Below, one piece after another: positions 47,495 to 58,258 of a stretch of DNA of 64,000 nt. Under the pieces are notes generated by a model, which was not told the origin of the DNA, did no database searches, and worked only from the letters and a program-made list of their open reading frames with translations. The stretch comes from an uncultured bacterium (GTDB taxonomy: Bacteria > Verrucomicrobiota > Verrucomicrobiia > Limisphaerales > UBA8199). Every line of letters starts with the position of its first letter. The stretch's first letter is position 1. A program made the translations under genes and the position numbers. The DNA is taken from assembly GCA_963749495.1 (NCBI GenBank), contig CAVVMW010000021.1, positions 32,001 through 96,000 of the forward strand, written 5' to 3'.

Positions 47495-48802
47495 TTAGGA
47501 AAGCTTCAACTCCTCATCGAGCTTACGACGTGCGATGCTCTTGCTCTTCCCCACCGCCCGTTCTTCGAGAACACCATCCTTGATCAGTGCTTTCACCCAG
47601 TCATCGAGTTGGCCCTTTCGGACCTGAAGCGTTTTGGCCAGCTCTTGCAGTTTCGTTGGCTTCTCCAGCGATTCCAGGATCAGAGGCTTAACCGCGTCGT
47701 AAACGGTTGCTGGCGGAGCCGTCTGAGGAACGAATGCCGGCGTATTGGCGATTTCCGGCTTCGGCTCGGGCTGAGTCGCCAGGGATGCCCTCGGCTCGCT
47801 GGGCGTTGCAGCCGCAACCGACATCGGCTCTTCCAAAGCCTCTGGCGACTCGGGTTGACTGCCGGTTGCCTTTTGCAGGACGTCACGCAAACTGCCTGCC
47901 AGCGCGTCGGCCGGAAGCGGCTTCGCGCCCAGCTTCAGCAACTCCGCATTTCCTCTAGGGACAGCCGCGCCGGTTCTGACAAAGATCGTACGTCTTCGTC
48001 TGCGCTGCAACTCCTCCTCAGCACCCGCCCAAGTTCCGCCAGACTGGTAATCAGAACTGACGACCACGGCGAAATCAGAAAGAGCGTAAATGTATTTATT
48101 CCGCCCCATCGCGTTGCCGACGTTGAATCCGGCTTCTGGATTGTACGGCGAAACCAGGACCAGTTGCCCGCCCCGAATTCCTTCCCGGTATTTTCCGGAA
48201 ACCGCCGCCCGTAAGAGACTGTCGGCCATGACCCCAATAACCTTCCCGCCGGCGGAGAAGGCCCCGTGCATCGCGGTCTCATCAACGCCTCGGGCGGCCC
48301 CCGAAATCAACTGCATCCCGCACTGTGCGGCAGAACGGCCCAAGGCCCGTGCGAATTCCTGGCCGTCGGCATCGATGTGGCGCGACCCGACCACCGCAAG
48401 CCCCCCTTGAGAAAGGAGTGTGCCCTCACCCACTCCGTACAGAATCGGCGGCGCATCGCCTCGCAGATGAAGCTTGAGTCTTTGGGGGTAATTCTCGTCG
48501 CCGCGGCACACTACCCAAAGCCCTTTGTTGGTCCACTTCTCGATGGCCATCGCCATCGCCACCCCACGCGCCAGAAGGGTCTTCAGCCGCTCCGCCGGTA
48601 CCGGCGTGAACGCATCATTGAGCACCTCGGCTTTGTCGGCCTTCAGAAGATCAGATGGCCACATTTTCTTGCGGAACAGCCATGTCGCCAACTCATCGTA
48701 TTCCTTGATACTCAGCGGTCCCACCGCTCTCTCGTCGGCGGGACCAAAACGCCCGCACATCAGCAAGATCGCCTTGGCATTATCGGTTATCTGATCGATC
48801 AT
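47495..48802 (-). CDS. DprA/Smf-domain protein with C-terminal wHTH (RqlI-like)
   Basis: YP..L......PP.LY..G, AVVGSR, ISG.ARGVD, AM.RN.YIY.LSD, GGTW.GA; AAGGAG RBS overlaps the helicase stop. Confidence 0.88.
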   Translation of the reverse strand: MIDQITDNAKAILLMCGRFGPADERAVGPLSIKEYDELATWLFRKKMWPSDLLKADKAEVLNDAFTPVPAERLKTLLARGVAMAMAIEKWTNKGLWVVCRGDENYPQRLKLHLRGDAPPILYGVGEGTLLSQGGLAVVGSRHIDADGQEFARALGRSAAQCGMQLISGAARGVDETAMHGAFSAGGKVIGVMADSLLRAAVSGKYREGIRGGQLVLVSPYNPEAGFNVGNAMGRNKYIYALSDFAVVVSSDYQSGGTWAGAEEELQRRRRRTIFVRTGAAVPRGNAELLKLGAKPLPADALAGSLRDVLQKATGSQPESPEALEEPMSVAAATPSEPRASLATQPEPKPEIANTPAFVPQTAPPATVYDAVKPLILESLEKPTKLQELAKTLQVRKGQLDDWVKALIKDGVLEERAVGKSKSIARRKLDEELKLS

Positions 48803-48813
48803 AAGATTGCTCC

Positions 48814-50931
48814 TTAATCCGCTCGGGGAGAGTTGAGTGCCAGTGCCATTGGAATCACCGCCGGGCATCCCGCCCGACGCAGCAGCGCCGCCGCCACGGT
48901 GAACGTCCACCGCGAGTCCACCATGTCGTCCACCAGCAACACCGGCCCGCTAGGCATGAGGCCTTGCTCAACCGCAAATGCCCCATCTAGGTTTTTGACC
49001 TGCTTATAGCTGTTTTGCATCGTCTTTTGCTGTCGATTTTGTCGGACCTTGCGCAAGACCGCGGCGTACGGCACGCCCAGCTTGGCTGCCAGCCGCCTGG
49101 CAAAGTCGGGAACGAGGTGCGGATGCGTCAGGGACGGAATGCATGTCACCCAGACGGGTCTCGGGACCGGGTTCCACTGTCCGATCATCTGAATGCAGCC
49201 GTCCACGATCTCATCAGCAAACCTCTGCCCACCGTATTTGCCTTCACGGACCAACTGCCCCCACCCGGCATCGCCCCAGAGCGAAAGCGCGCGCCCTTCC
49301 TCCGCCAGCAAGGCGGCCTCGATCGTTGATCCCGGAAACCGATAGTGCTCGAATAGGTCTTTGGCAGGCCACCGCTTCCGAGGCTCCAGAGACTGGTAGC
49401 TTCGCCTCAAGTAGATTCCTGCCTGGTTCGCGAGATGCGCGTCGGCCGTTTTGGCTACCAGGTCTTTCCCGAGGCAGTTTGCACATTTGCCGCACTCGCT
49501 GGCGCTTGGATCGTCCAGCGCCCGGCCGAGGTATTTCATGAGGCACTCCTGGGTCCGCATGTATTCGATCATCACTTGCTGCTCAGCGTGCCGCAGAGCG
49601 CAGAGCCGCCGGATCTTCTCCTGATCCATTTGGTAAGCCACGGGTGTGGCGTTCCACTTCGAGCCTATTTTGGCGACTGGCGACGGTGTCTCCACTGCAA
49701 GCAGCTTGAGCGTTTTCTGAATTTCGCCGGCCGATAGATTGATCTCCTTCTGGAGCATTGGAACCGAGAGTCCGTCCTCTGCCGCGTTCAGCGCACGCAG
49801 CACATCTTCGACGTGGGCCTGCGGCGGAAAGGCCGCCCGGATGAAATAGTCTGTGATGTCTCTGTCCTCCTCACCGCCCAGTAAAATCCCGTAGGCGTGC
49901 TCCCCTGCGCGCCCAGCACGCCCCACCTGCTGGTAGTAATGCACTACGGAACCGGGGCGCTGAAAGTGGATCACGAACCCCAGGTCTGGTTTGTCAAAAC
50001 CCATGCCCAACGCCACCGTCGCCACTAGCGCCTTGACCTCGTTTCGCAGCAGTCGCTGCTCGAGTTCCTCCCGTCTCCGACTATTCGTACCGTTCGGGTC
50101 CGGGTTCTCCATCGTGTCCACCTGGGAATGGTAGGCCTCAACGTTGTGGCCATTGAGTTTCAGCCATTCGGTCACGCGCTCGGCATCTCTGACCGTCAGC
50201 GTGTAAATGATTCCGCTCCCCGGCAAGCTATTGAGGTGTTCTGCCAGCCACGCCATGCGCGCGGGCGGGCTTGGCAGCCAGATGTTCTGTAGGGCCAGGC
50301 TTTCGCGGATGAGTGGGCCGCGCACCAACGTCACGTTACCCAGTTGAGAAGCTACATCCTCCACCACACGATCGTTTGCAGTGGCGGTTGTCGCCAGGAC
50401 CGGAATGTTGTGAGGCAAGGCCTGTAACACCCGCACGATGCGCCGATAATCCGGCCTGAAATCGTGGCCCCAGTCCGAGATGCAGTGTGCTTCATCCACT
50501 ACGAAAAGTCCGATGCGATTGGCCACCTGTTGCAGCACCCGCTGGCGAAAGTCCTCATTCGCTAGTCGCTCGGGCGAGATGAGCAGAACATCCACTTCAT
50601 CCCTCGCGAGGCAGGCTTCCACCGCAGCCCAATCCGTCATGTTGGTCGAGTTAATCGTTGTCGCTCTCACTCCAATCCGAACCGCTGCCTCAACTTGGTT
50701 CCGCATAAGGGACAACAACGGCGAGATGAGCAGCGTCAAGCCCCGCCCCTGGTTTCGCAGTAGGCGCGTTCCGAGGAAGTAAACCATGCTCTTTCCCCAC
50801 CCGGTCTTTTGTACCACTAGCTGCCGCCGGCCCTGGATCACGCCCTGGATGCATTCCCATTGTCCACTTCTAAAGTCTGCCTGCTGCTGCCCGAGTGCCG
50901 TTCGCAAATAATTTAATGCTTGGTTCCTCAT
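48814..50931 (-). CDS. RecQ-like helicase with C-terminal phosphoribosyltransferase domain (RqlH-like)
   Basis: TGWGKS, DEAHCISDWGHDFRPDY, ATVALGMGFDKPD, YYQQVGRAGR, C..CANC; PRTase VLLVDD.VDS.WT. Confidence 0.92.
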   Translation of the reverse strand: MRNQALNYLRTALGQQQADFRSGQWECIQGVIQGRRQLVVQKTGWGKSMVYFLGTRLLRNQGRGLTLLISPLLSLMRNQVEAAVRIGVRATTINSTNMTDWAAVEACLARDEVDVLLISPERLANEDFRQRVLQQVANRIGLFVVDEAHCISDWGHDFRPDYRRIVRVLQALPHNIPVLATTATANDRVVEDVASQLGNVTLVRGPLIRESLALQNIWLPSPPARMAWLAEHLNSLPGSGIIYTLTVRDAERVTEWLKLNGHNVEAYHSQVDTMENPDPNGTNSRRREELEQRLLRNEVKALVATVALGMGFDKPDLGFVIHFQRPGSVVHYYQQVGRAGRAGEHAYGILLGGEEDRDITDYFIRAAFPPQAHVEDVLRALNAAEDGLSVPMLQKEINLSAGEIQKTLKLLAVETPSPVAKIGSKWNATPVAYQMDQEKIRRLCALRHAEQQVMIEYMRTQECLMKYLGRALDDPSASECGKCANCLGKDLVAKTADAHLANQAGIYLRRSYQSLEPRKRWPAKDLFEHYRFPGSTIEAALLAEEGRALSLWGDAGWGQLVREGKYGGQRFADEIVDGCIQMIGQWNPVPRPVWVTCIPSLTHPHLVPDFARRLAAKLGVPYAAVLRKVRQNRQQKTMQNSYKQVKNLDGAFAVEQGLMPSGPVLLVDDMVDSRWTFTVAAALLRRAGCPAVIPMALALNSPRAD

Positions 50932-51313
50932 AGCGATTCATCCCACCACGATCGGCCCCTTCTTGAGCCTAGCCCGCAAGTCCGTTTCCGTAACGTCAAC
51001 TGATAAGAAATTGGTTTTTTGTCGGGCCGCCGGTTATTGACGCTGCGCGGGTGAGGGAGCATTGGTCTTCGGTCGCACTCACTATGGACGGATCATCCCG
51101 GAGGAGGACCAGGGTGTCAAGCTCCAAGCTTGCCGGTTTCTTGACGGTTTTTGCCCAACCCGGGGGCCTCGGCGAGGGTTGGCGGGGGCCGGGAGATGGC
51201 GGCGGTTGGGAATTGCACGGGAGCCAACCAGGCTCTGCGCTGCCCCAAGCGGGAAGATGCCGTCGCCAGGCAAGAAGACTGCCTTGGAGGCTGTCGCTTG
51301 TTGAGCGGCTTCG

Positions 51314-51558
51314 TTACTTCAGCCAGCCGATTTTGATCTCCTTCTCCACCGCTCTGAAGGCCGGGTCGCCGGTGACCAGTTCCGCGTTCCTCTGCTTGGC
51401 CAGCGCCGCGGCGAAGCAGTGGGCGCAGGACATATTGTGCGTGGCTTTGAGGATGGCCGCTTGTTTGGCGAGCGCCAGGTCGTTGCTCACGCCGATGATC
51501 TCGATGGGCAGCGAGGCGATCTCCCGGGCCTTTTCCTCGGCGGCCTGCTGAGACACCG
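51314..51558 (-). pseudogene. C-terminal fragment of a VapC/PIN-domain toxin
   Basis: LA.QAA.LKA...MS.A.CFAAALA......LVTGD..F..VE; the N-terminal D motif is missing and the conserved S.AD reads SCAH. Confidence 0.7.
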
Positions 51559-51714
51559 AAGGAGTGCAGGTGTGCGCAAAACCGGCTGGGGCGGGTGCTC
51601 GAAGGGGCGGTAAGGGCATGCGCCCACGCGGCCATTGCCTGCCCGGCAGCATCGGAGGCTTTGGAGCGGTTTATTCTTGTAAAAAAGGAGTGCGTATCCT
51701 ATTGTTCAATCTTA

Positions 51715-52866
51715 ATGCTAATCCAGCGCCATCAATACCGGCAGGAGGTTGAGGCCTCTTTGCAGCAGTTCCGCGTCACCGCGCTGCTCGGTCCCAGGCA
51801 GTGCGGCAAGACCACGCTCGCGCGCCAATTCGTCACTGTTGCCGACAACTATTTCGACCTAGAGGACCCCTTGGATCTGGCCCGGCTGGAAGCCCCTCGG
51901 CAGGTGCTGAGCCGGCTCTCCGGGCTGGTGGTCATGGATGAGATCCAGCACCGCCCGGATCTTTTCCCGCTGCTGCGCGTTCTGGCCGACCGGGCAGGTT
52001 TGCCGGCACGGTTCCTGGTTCTGGGCAGCGCCTCGCCCAACCTGGTGAAGGGAGTATCCGAGTCCCTGGCCGGGCGGGTGGGTTTCGTGGACATGAGCGG
52101 GTTCGACGCCACCGAGGTGGGCTTCGACAAGTTCGACACGCTCTGGCTCCGGGGCGGGTTTCCTGAGTCGTTCTTGAGCGAGTCCGATGCCGGGAGCTTT
52201 CTATGGCGCCTGCAGTTTGTCCGCACTTTCCTGACGCGCGACATCCCGCAGCTCGGCATCACCATTCCTTCGGAGCAACTGCGGCGGTTCTGGCTCATGC
52301 TCGCCCACTATCATGGCCAGACCTGGAACGCCTCCGAGCTCGCCCGCTCGCTGGGTGTTAATTACAAGACCGCCCAAGGCTACCTCGATATCCTGACCGG
52401 GGCCTTCATGGTCCGGCAACTGCTGCCGTGGGTGGAAAACCTGGGCAAGCGCGTGCGCAAAGCTCCCAAGATTTACCTGCGTGACAGCGGGGTTTTTCAC
52501 ACCCTGATGAACCTCCGCACGCTCCCCGAACTCCAGGCCCATCCCAAGCTGGGAGCTTCCTGGGAAGGACTGGCCTTGGAACACGTGCTGCGGATCTTGA
52601 AAGTAGCCTCGGATGAAGCTTTCTCCTGGGCCACTCATGCCGGAGCCGAATTGGACTTGCTGGTCTTGCGCGGCGGGAAACGGCTCGGCTTCGAGTTCAA
52701 ATACGGAGATGCCCCGCGCACCACCAGGTCCATGCACGTGGCCTTGCACGATCTGCAACTGGCCCGGCTGTTCGTGGTCTATCCCGGGGATAAGAACTTC
52801 GCGTTGGACGACCGCATCGAAGCCGTGGCGGTGACGAACCTCGAACGCTTGGCCCTTCCAGATTAA
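51715..52866 (+). CDS. AAA_14 ATPase with DUF4143 C-terminal domain
   Basis: GPRQCGKTTL, DEIQ, LGSAS, ESLAGR, RGGFP, K.PK.Y.RDSG, GASWEG, E.DL....E.K. Confidence 0.92.
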   Translation: MLIQRHQYRQEVEASLQQFRVTALLGPRQCGKTTLARQFVTVADNYFDLEDPLDLARLEAPRQVLSRLSGLVVMDEIQHRPDLFPLLRVLADRAGLPARFLVLGSASPNLVKGVSESLAGRVGFVDMSGFDATEVGFDKFDTLWLRGGFPESFLSESDAGSFLWRLQFVRTFLTRDIPQLGITIPSEQLRRFWLMLAHYHGQTWNASELARSLGVNYKTAQGYLDILTGAFMVRQLLPWVENLGKRVRKAPKIYLRDSGVFHTLMNLRTLPELQAHPKLGASWEGLALEHVLRILKVASDEAFSWATHAGAELDLLVLRGGKRLGFEFKYGDAPRTTRSMHVALHDLQLARLFVVYPGDKNFALDDRIEAVAVTNLERLALPD

Positions 52867-52920
52867 TTCTGCCAACCCCCAGAATGATCCCCGTCCCCTC
52901 CGGGATGTGCCCAACCCGCC

Positions 52921-52963
52921 GGCACTCCGCATTCCGCATTCCGCACTCCGCACTCCGCACTCG
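52921..52963. repeat. (CCGCACT/CCGCATT)n heptamer array
   Basis: Same unit as in composite elements A, C and E. Confidence 0.8.
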
Positions 52964-53052
52964 GAAGCCCTTGCTCCGGGCGGTTTTTCTGGTATTGTTT
53001 TGTGCCCGGGCGAGTTGCCCCGGGCGGCAGGCGAGGCCAGCGGAGGCGGAGT

Positions 53053-53216
53053 ACCAGCCGGACCCCTCACCCCAACCCTCTCCCCTTCGGAAGGGGAGAG
53101 GGCGGAGCGTCGGCAGCGGCATGAGGAAGCGGACACACCCGGAAATTGCAGGGACTGCGCACGCTTCTCCCTCTCCCCTCGGAGGGGAGAGGGCCGGGGT
53201 GAGGGGTCCAGCCGGT
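53053..53216. repeat. REP-like palindrome (CCCCTCACCCCAACCCTCTCCCC...GGGGAGAGGGCCGGGGTGAGGGG)
   Basis: Outer inverted repeat enclosing two CTCTCCCC-GGGGAGAG hairpins. Confidence 0.8.
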
Positions 53217-53265
53217 GCTCTGTTCCGGCCTTCGCTGACCGATCGCAGATTTTGTTAAAATTCTG

Positions 53266-53293
53266 TTGCACCGGGGGGGGCATTTGATATATT
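53266..53293 (+). promoter_or_regulatory. Putative sigma70 promoter of the S10 operon
   Basis: TTGCAC-N16-TATATT with TG extension and GC-rich discriminator CCGCGCTCC. Confidence 0.65.
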
Positions 53294-53370
53294 CCGCGCT
53301 CCGTTTCCCTTTTTCGGGGAGCGCGAGCTTAACAGGAACCATTTATAATTTATAGACAATTGTTCTTTGT

Positions 53371-53679
53371 ATGACTGGACAACGCATTCGCATTCGACTG
53401 AAGGCCTATGACCACCGGGTCATCAACCAGTCCGCCCGCGACATCGCGGACACGGTGAAGCGCACCGGGGCGCGTGTGGCCGGGCCGATCCCGCTGCCGA
53501 CCCGCATCGAGCGGTTCACCGTCCAACGCTCCCCCCACGCGGACAAGAAATCCCAGGAGACCTTCGAACAGCGCACTCACAAGCGGCTGATCAATATTAT
53601 CGAGCCGACCGCCAAAACGGTCGATGAACTCAAGAAACTGAACCTGCCCGCCGGGGTGGACATCACGATCAAGATTTAG
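53371..53679 (+). CDS. rpsJ: 30S ribosomal protein S10
   Basis: [34 protein letters not shown]. Confidence 0.98.
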   Translation: MTGQRIRIRLKAYDHRVINQSARDIADTVKRTGARVAGPIPLPTRIERFTVQRSPHADKKSQETFEQRTHKRLINIIEPTAKTVDELKKLNLPAGVDITIKI

Positions 53680-53727
53680 GGGCCTGGCGGCGGCGCCGCC
53701 GTTTCACGATTTTAATCTCACTTTGTT

Positions 53728-54429
53728 ATGCCAGTCGGACTTTTAGGAAAGAAGCTGGGCCAGACCCGCGTCTATAACGCCAAGGGCGTGATCACCCCGG
53801 TGACCATCGTCCTGGTGGGCCCCAATCGCGTTCTCCAGTGCAAGACCGCCGAATCGGACGGCTACAGCGCCGTCCAACTGGGCTTCAGCGACCAAAAGGA
53901 GCAGCGGCTGACCCAGCCGCTGCTGGGCCACATCAAGAAATTCGCCCCCAACGGCCCCGCGGTCAGGCGCATCCGGGAATTCCGCGATTTCTCGAAAGAG
54001 GTCAAACCGGGCGACGTTGTGGGGGCCAACCTGTTTGCCCCCGGCGACTATGTGGACGCCATCGGCATCACCAAAGGGCGGGGTTTCGAGGGGGTGGTGG
54101 GCCGGCATGGCTTTCGCGGCGGCGATTCGACGCACGGGGCCAAGGGGTGGCACCGCCGCGCCGGGGCCATCGGCCAGCGCCTGTTCCCGGGCACCGTCAT
54201 GCGCGGCATGAAGATGCCCGGCCACATGGGCCAGGTCCGCCGCACCACCCAGAACCTCCAGGTCGTTCAAGTCAAGGAGGCCGACAACCTGCTGCTCATC
54301 CGGGGGGCCATTCCGGGGTCAAACGGCGATTATGTGGTGATTCGCGAGTCCAAGAAACGGCCCAAGGGCTGGAAACGGCATGCCGAGCGTCCGGAAAACA
54401 TCAAGAAGGCCGAAGGCAAGAAGAAGTGA
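53728..54429 (+). CDS. rplC: 50S ribosomal protein L3
   Basis: GLLGKKLG.T, DGY.AVQLG, KGRGF.G, GMKMPGHMG. Confidence 0.98.
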   Translation: MPVGLLGKKLGQTRVYNAKGVITPVTIVLVGPNRVLQCKTAESDGYSAVQLGFSDQKEQRLTQPLLGHIKKFAPNGPAVRRIREFRDFSKEVKPGDVVGANLFAPGDYVDAIGITKGRGFEGVVGRHGFRGGDSTHGAKGWHRRAGAIGQRLFPGTVMRGMKMPGHMGQVRRTTQNLQVVQVKEADNLLLIRGAIPGSNGDYVVIRESKKRPKGWKRHAERPENIKKAEGKKK

Positions 54430-54446
54430 TTTGACCTCCTCGAACT

Positions 54447-55079
54447 ATGAAGCTGACGATTAAAGACACCAAAGGGAACAGCCAGGGTGAATTGGAGGTC
54501 ACATTCCCCTTGGTCGAAGGCGGCAAGGGGACGCAGGCCGTTCACGACGTGGTGGTGGCCTACCAGGCCGCCCAGCGGATGGGCACCGCCAGCACCAAGA
54601 CCATGGGCGAGGTCGCCGGCACCGGCAAGAAGCCCTGGCGCCAGAAGGGGACGGGACGGGCCCGAGCCGGGTCGTTCGCATCGCCCCTGTGGCGGGGCGG
54701 CGGCGTGGTTTTCGGGCCTAAACCGCGCGATTTTGGCAAGAAAGTCTCGAGGCAGACTCGCCAACTGGCCCTGCGCAAGGCCCTTTCCGAGCGCCTGAAG
54801 GCGGGCGATATCCTCGTCCTGGACGACCTCAAGCTGGCCTCGCCCCGGACCAAGGAATTCATCGGGGTCCTTTCCGCCCTCGACCTCCAGGGCAGCGCCC
54901 TCATCGTCTCGCAGGCGACGGACAAGAACCTCACGCTGGCTTCCCGCAACGTCCCGAACGTGGCCCTGGCCACCGGCGATTCGCTCAACACCTACGACGT
55001 GTTGCGTCCGGACAAACTCGTATTCACCCGCAGCGCCTTCGAGCAGGTCCAGGCCCGCTTGAACAAGGACAAGGAATGA
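54447..55079 (+). CDS. rplD: 50S ribosomal protein L4
   Basis: [30 protein letters not shown]. Confidence 0.98.
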   Translation: MKLTIKDTKGNSQGELEVTFPLVEGGKGTQAVHDVVVAYQAAQRMGTASTKTMGEVAGTGKKPWRQKGTGRARAGSFASPLWRGGGVVFGPKPRDFGKKVSRQTRQLALRKALSERLKAGDILVLDDLKLASPRTKEFIGVLSALDLQGSALIVSQATDKNLTLASRNVPNVALATGDSLNTYDVLRPDKLVFTRSAFEQVQARLNKDKE

Positions 55080-55080
55080 C

Positions 55081-55362
55081 ATGAACCCTTTCGACATCGT
55101 CAGGACGGTGCGTTTGACCGAAAAAGGCACACGCCAGGGGGCCGACTTCAACCAGTACACCGTGATGGCCGACCCCCGGGCCAACAAGTTCCAGATCCGG
55201 CAGGCCGTGCAGGAACTCTTCAAAGTCAAGGTGGTCAGGGTCAACACCATGAACGTCCGGGGCAAACACCGGCGCCAGCGCACCAAACAGGCCGGCCAGG
55301 CCCCGGGCTGGAAGAAGGCCATCGTGACGCTCAAGGAAGGCGACAAGATCGTCCTGACCTGA
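55081..55362 (+). CDS. rplW: 50S ribosomal protein L23
   Basis: TEK, ANK..I..AV..LF.VKV..VNT.N, WKKAIVTL. Confidence 0.97.
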   Translation: MNPFDIVRTVRLTEKGTRQGADFNQYTVMADPRANKFQIRQAVQELFKVKVVRVNTMNVRGKHRRQRTKQAGQAPGWKKAIVTLKEGDKIVLT

Positions 55363-55381
55363 TCTTTTTTGAAAAAGGCTA

Positions 55382-55409
55382 TTGCATTAGTAAATTGCTT
55401 TGATATATT
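55382..55409 (+). promoter_or_regulatory. Putative internal promoter upstream of rplB, resembling the rpsJ promoter
   Basis: TTGCAT-N16-TATATT, then GCGCCCTCCGTTTCCC. Confidence 0.6.
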
Positions 55410-55535
55410 GCGCCCTCCGTTTCCCGCAAGGGTGCGGACAGCACAACCTGCGGAACCGATAACTGACCACCCATCCGGGGGCAGGAATGATGGCTCCGCA
55501 CTCCAAGTAGCTGACTTGGGACACGCGATTGATTT

Positions 55536-56390
55536 ATGCCAGTGAAGACATTCAGACCGCTGACGCCGTCAACACGTTATGTAACGTTCGCGGACTACAG
55601 CGACATCACCAAGGCGAGGCCGGAGAAGGGCCTGGTCCAGACCCGTGTTCGCACGGGCGGGCGCAACGTCTACGGTCGTGTGACCGCGCGCGGCATCGGT
55701 GGCGGCCATAAACAGAAGATCCGGCTGGTGGACTTCAAGCGGAGGAAGCACGGGGTGGAGGCCGTAGTTAAGGCCATCGAGTACGACCCGCGCCGCACCG
55801 CCCGCCTGGCCTTGCTGGAATACCAGGACGGCGAAAAGACTTACATCGTCGCCCCCAACGGTCTGAAGGTGGGAGCCAAGGTCATGAGCGGGCCCAGTGC
55901 CCCGCCGGAACTGGGCAATTGCCTGCCGTTGCGCACCGTGCCGGTGGGCCTGCCCATTCACAATGTCGAAATGATCCCCGGCCGGGGCGCCCAGATGGTG
56001 CGCACCGCAGGCGGGGCCGCCACCCTGATGTCCCGCGGCGAGGGCTACGCGCAGATTCGGCTCCCCTCCGGCGAGATTCGCAGGGTCCATGAGAACTGCT
56101 GCGCCACCATTGGCCAGGTCGGCAACACCGAGCACGAGAACGTCGTCCTGGGCAAGGCCGGCCGTTCCCGGCATCGGGGCATCCGGCCCATCAACCGCGG
56201 CGTCTCGCGCAACCCGGTGGACCACCCCAACGGCGGCGGGGCCGGCAAATCCAAGTCTGGCGGCGGCTGGCAGCAGTTGACCTCCCCCTGGGGATTGCTG
56301 GCCAAAGGCTACCGCACCCGCAACAAGAAGAAATCCTCCAACCGCTTCATCCTGGTCCGCCGCGACGGCCGGCCCATGAAGCACGCATGA
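55536..56390 (+). CDS. rplB: 50S ribosomal protein L2
   Basis: GGRN..G, IEYDP.R.A, RLPSGE.R, NPVDHP.GGG. Confidence 0.98.
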   Translation: MPVKTFRPLTPSTRYVTFADYSDITKARPEKGLVQTRVRTGGRNVYGRVTARGIGGGHKQKIRLVDFKRRKHGVEAVVKAIEYDPRRTARLALLEYQDGEKTYIVAPNGLKVGAKVMSGPSAPPELGNCLPLRTVPVGLPIHNVEMIPGRGAQMVRTAGGAATLMSRGEGYAQIRLPSGEIRRVHENCCATIGQVGNTEHENVVLGKAGRSRHRGIRPINRGVSRNPVDHPNGGGAGKSKSGGGWQQLTSPWGLLAKGYRTRNKKKSSNRFILVRRDGRPMKHA

Positions 56391-56409
56391 TTCCACACTC
56401 TTAACTCCC

Positions 56410-56691
56410 ATGGGACGCTCAATTAAAAAAGGTCCGTTTGTGGACTTTCACTTGCTGGAGAAGATCCAGAAGGCCAAGGACGCCAAGTCCAAGGCCCCGA
56501 TCAAGACCTGGTCGCGGCGCTCGACGATCACCCCCGATTTCGTGGGCCTGACCTTCAGCGTACACAACGGCAAGGTCTTTAACCCGGTGTTTGTGACCGA
56601 GAACATGGTGGGCCACCGGCTGGGCGAGTTCTCCTTCACGCGCACCTTCAAGAAACACGGCGCCCACACGGCCAAGGCCGAGGCCAAGTAA
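56410..56691 (+). CDS. rpsS: 30S ribosomal protein S19
   Basis: [27 protein letters not shown]. Confidence 0.98.
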   Translation: MGRSIKKGPFVDFHLLEKIQKAKDAKSKAPIKTWSRRSTITPDFVGLTFSVHNGKVFNPVFVTENMVGHRLGEFSFTRTFKKHGAHTAKAEAK

Positions 56692-56696
56692 CCCGT

Positions 56697-57050
56697 ATGG
56701 AAGTCCACTCGATTACCCGGAACGTGCGGATGTCCCCGCAAAAGATGCGCGAGGTGGTGCGGCAGATCCAGGGCATGCCCGCCGCCCGCGCCCAGGCGGT
56801 GCTGGCCATGGTGCCCCGCAAAGGGGCGCGCGTGGTGGCCAAGACCCTCAAGTCCGCCATCGCCAATGCCGAGGACCTCAAGACCCACAAAACCGAATAC
56901 AACGGCCTGAAGACCGACCAGCTCCGCATCAAGGAGGCCGTCGCCCAGACCGCCAGCATCACGCGCCGCTTTACTCCGAAGGCCCGCGGCTCCGCCGGCC
57001 CGATCCTCAAACGCAACTGCCACGTCCGCATCACCTTGTCAGACGATTAA
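56697..57050 (+). CDS. rplV: 50S ribosomal protein L22
   Basis: R.SPQK.R.V, SA.ANA, PKARG....I.KR..H. Confidence 0.97.
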   Translation: MEVHSITRNVRMSPQKMREVVRQIQGMPAARAQAVLAMVPRKGARVVAKTLKSAIANAEDLKTHKTEYNGLKTDQLRIKEAVAQTASITRRFTPKARGSAGPILKRNCHVRITLSDD

Positions 57051-57060
57051 TTGAACCGGT

Positions 57061-57784
57061 ATGGGCCAGAAAACCAATCCTATTGGGCTGCGCATCGCCG
57101 TCACTCATGACTGGCGCTCCAAGTGGTATGCGGGCAAGAAGGAGTTCGGCAAGCTGCTCACCGAGGACCGCGACATCCGCGAGTTGCTCAAGAAACGGCT
57201 CGAATCGGCCTCCGTGCCCCAAATCCTCATCGAGCGCGCCGCCAACCGCTGCCGCATCACCATCCTAACCGCCCGCCCCGGCATCGTCATCGGACGCAAA
57301 GGGGCCGAGATCGATAAGCTCAAGGAGGAACTGAGCCGGATGACCGGCAAAGAGATTTACGTGGACATCATCGAGGTCAAGACGCCCGAGATCGAGGCCC
57401 AGTTGGTCGCCGAGAACGTCGCCCTCCAGCTCGAGCGCCGCGTCTCGTTCCGCCGCGCGATGAAGAAGGCCATCCAAACCGCCAAGGACTTCGGCGCCGA
57501 GGGGATCAAGATCCGGTGCGCCTGCCGGTTTGGGCGGGGCTGAACTGGCCCGCGTCGAGCAATACCATTGGGGCCGCGTCCCCCTGCACACCCTGCGCGC
57601 CGACATTAACTACGGGTTTGCCGAGGCCAATACGGTGTATGGCAAACTGGGCATCAAGTGCTGGATCTGCAAAGGCGAAACCCGAAACGACAAGGCCCAG
57701 CCGGAGAGGGCCCTCAAGCCGCAGCCCCCGCCCCCGGTCCCCGTGGCGCCGCCGCCGCCGGCCCCTGAACCGGTTGCCCCGTAA
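57061..57784 (+). CDS. rpsC: 30S ribosomal protein S3 (apparent +1 frameshift near 57528, likely an assembly error)
   Basis: MGQK.NP.G.R ... GIKI.C; CGG TTT GGG has an extra T; the next frame reads LGGAELAR.E....[28 protein letters not shown]. Confidence 0.95.
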
Positions 57785-57819
57785 ACCGCCCCTGGATTTT
57801 GCATTAGAAAGACCTTGTT

Positions 57820-58239
57820 ATGCCCCTCCAGCCCGAGAGAGTGAAGTATCGCAAGATGCACCGTGGCAGCCGTGCCGGCCTGGCCTGGCGCGGCCACACG
57901 GTCGCCTTCGGCGAATACGGTTTGATGGCCATGGAACGGTGCTGGCTTGACACCAAGCAGATCGAGGCCGCCCGCGTGGCGGTGGCCCGCCAGATGAAGC
58001 GCCACGGCAAGATGTGGATACGGGTTTTTCCGCAAAAGTCCTTCACCAAAAAGCCGCTGGAGACCCGCATGGGCAAGGGCAAAGGCCCCCTGGAATCCTG
58101 GGTGGCTGTCATCAGGCCCGCCAATATCCTCTTCGAGGTGGACGGCGTGACCGAGGCCGTGGCGCGCGAGTCGCTCCGCCTGGCCGCCACCAAGCTCCCC
58201 ATCAAGACCAAGTTCATCTCCCGTCACCGGGTCGGTTAG
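57820..58239 (+). CDS. rplP: 50S ribosomal protein L16
   Basis: P.R.KYRK.HRG, QIEAAR, KP.E.RMGKGKG. Confidence 0.98.
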   Translation: MPLQPERVKYRKMHRGSRAGLAWRGHTVAFGEYGLMAMERCWLDTKQIEAARVAVARQMKRHGKMWIRVFPQKSFTKKPLETRMGKGKGPLESWVAVIRPANILFEVDGVTEAVARESLRLAATKLPIKTKFISRHRVG

Positions 58240-58258
58240 ACCCCTGTTGCCGCCGCTC

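Noticed and set aside
57500..57545. Programmed frameshift in rpsC
   Set aside because: A single extra T in a short run, no known recoding in S3, and other indels in the window point to assembly error.
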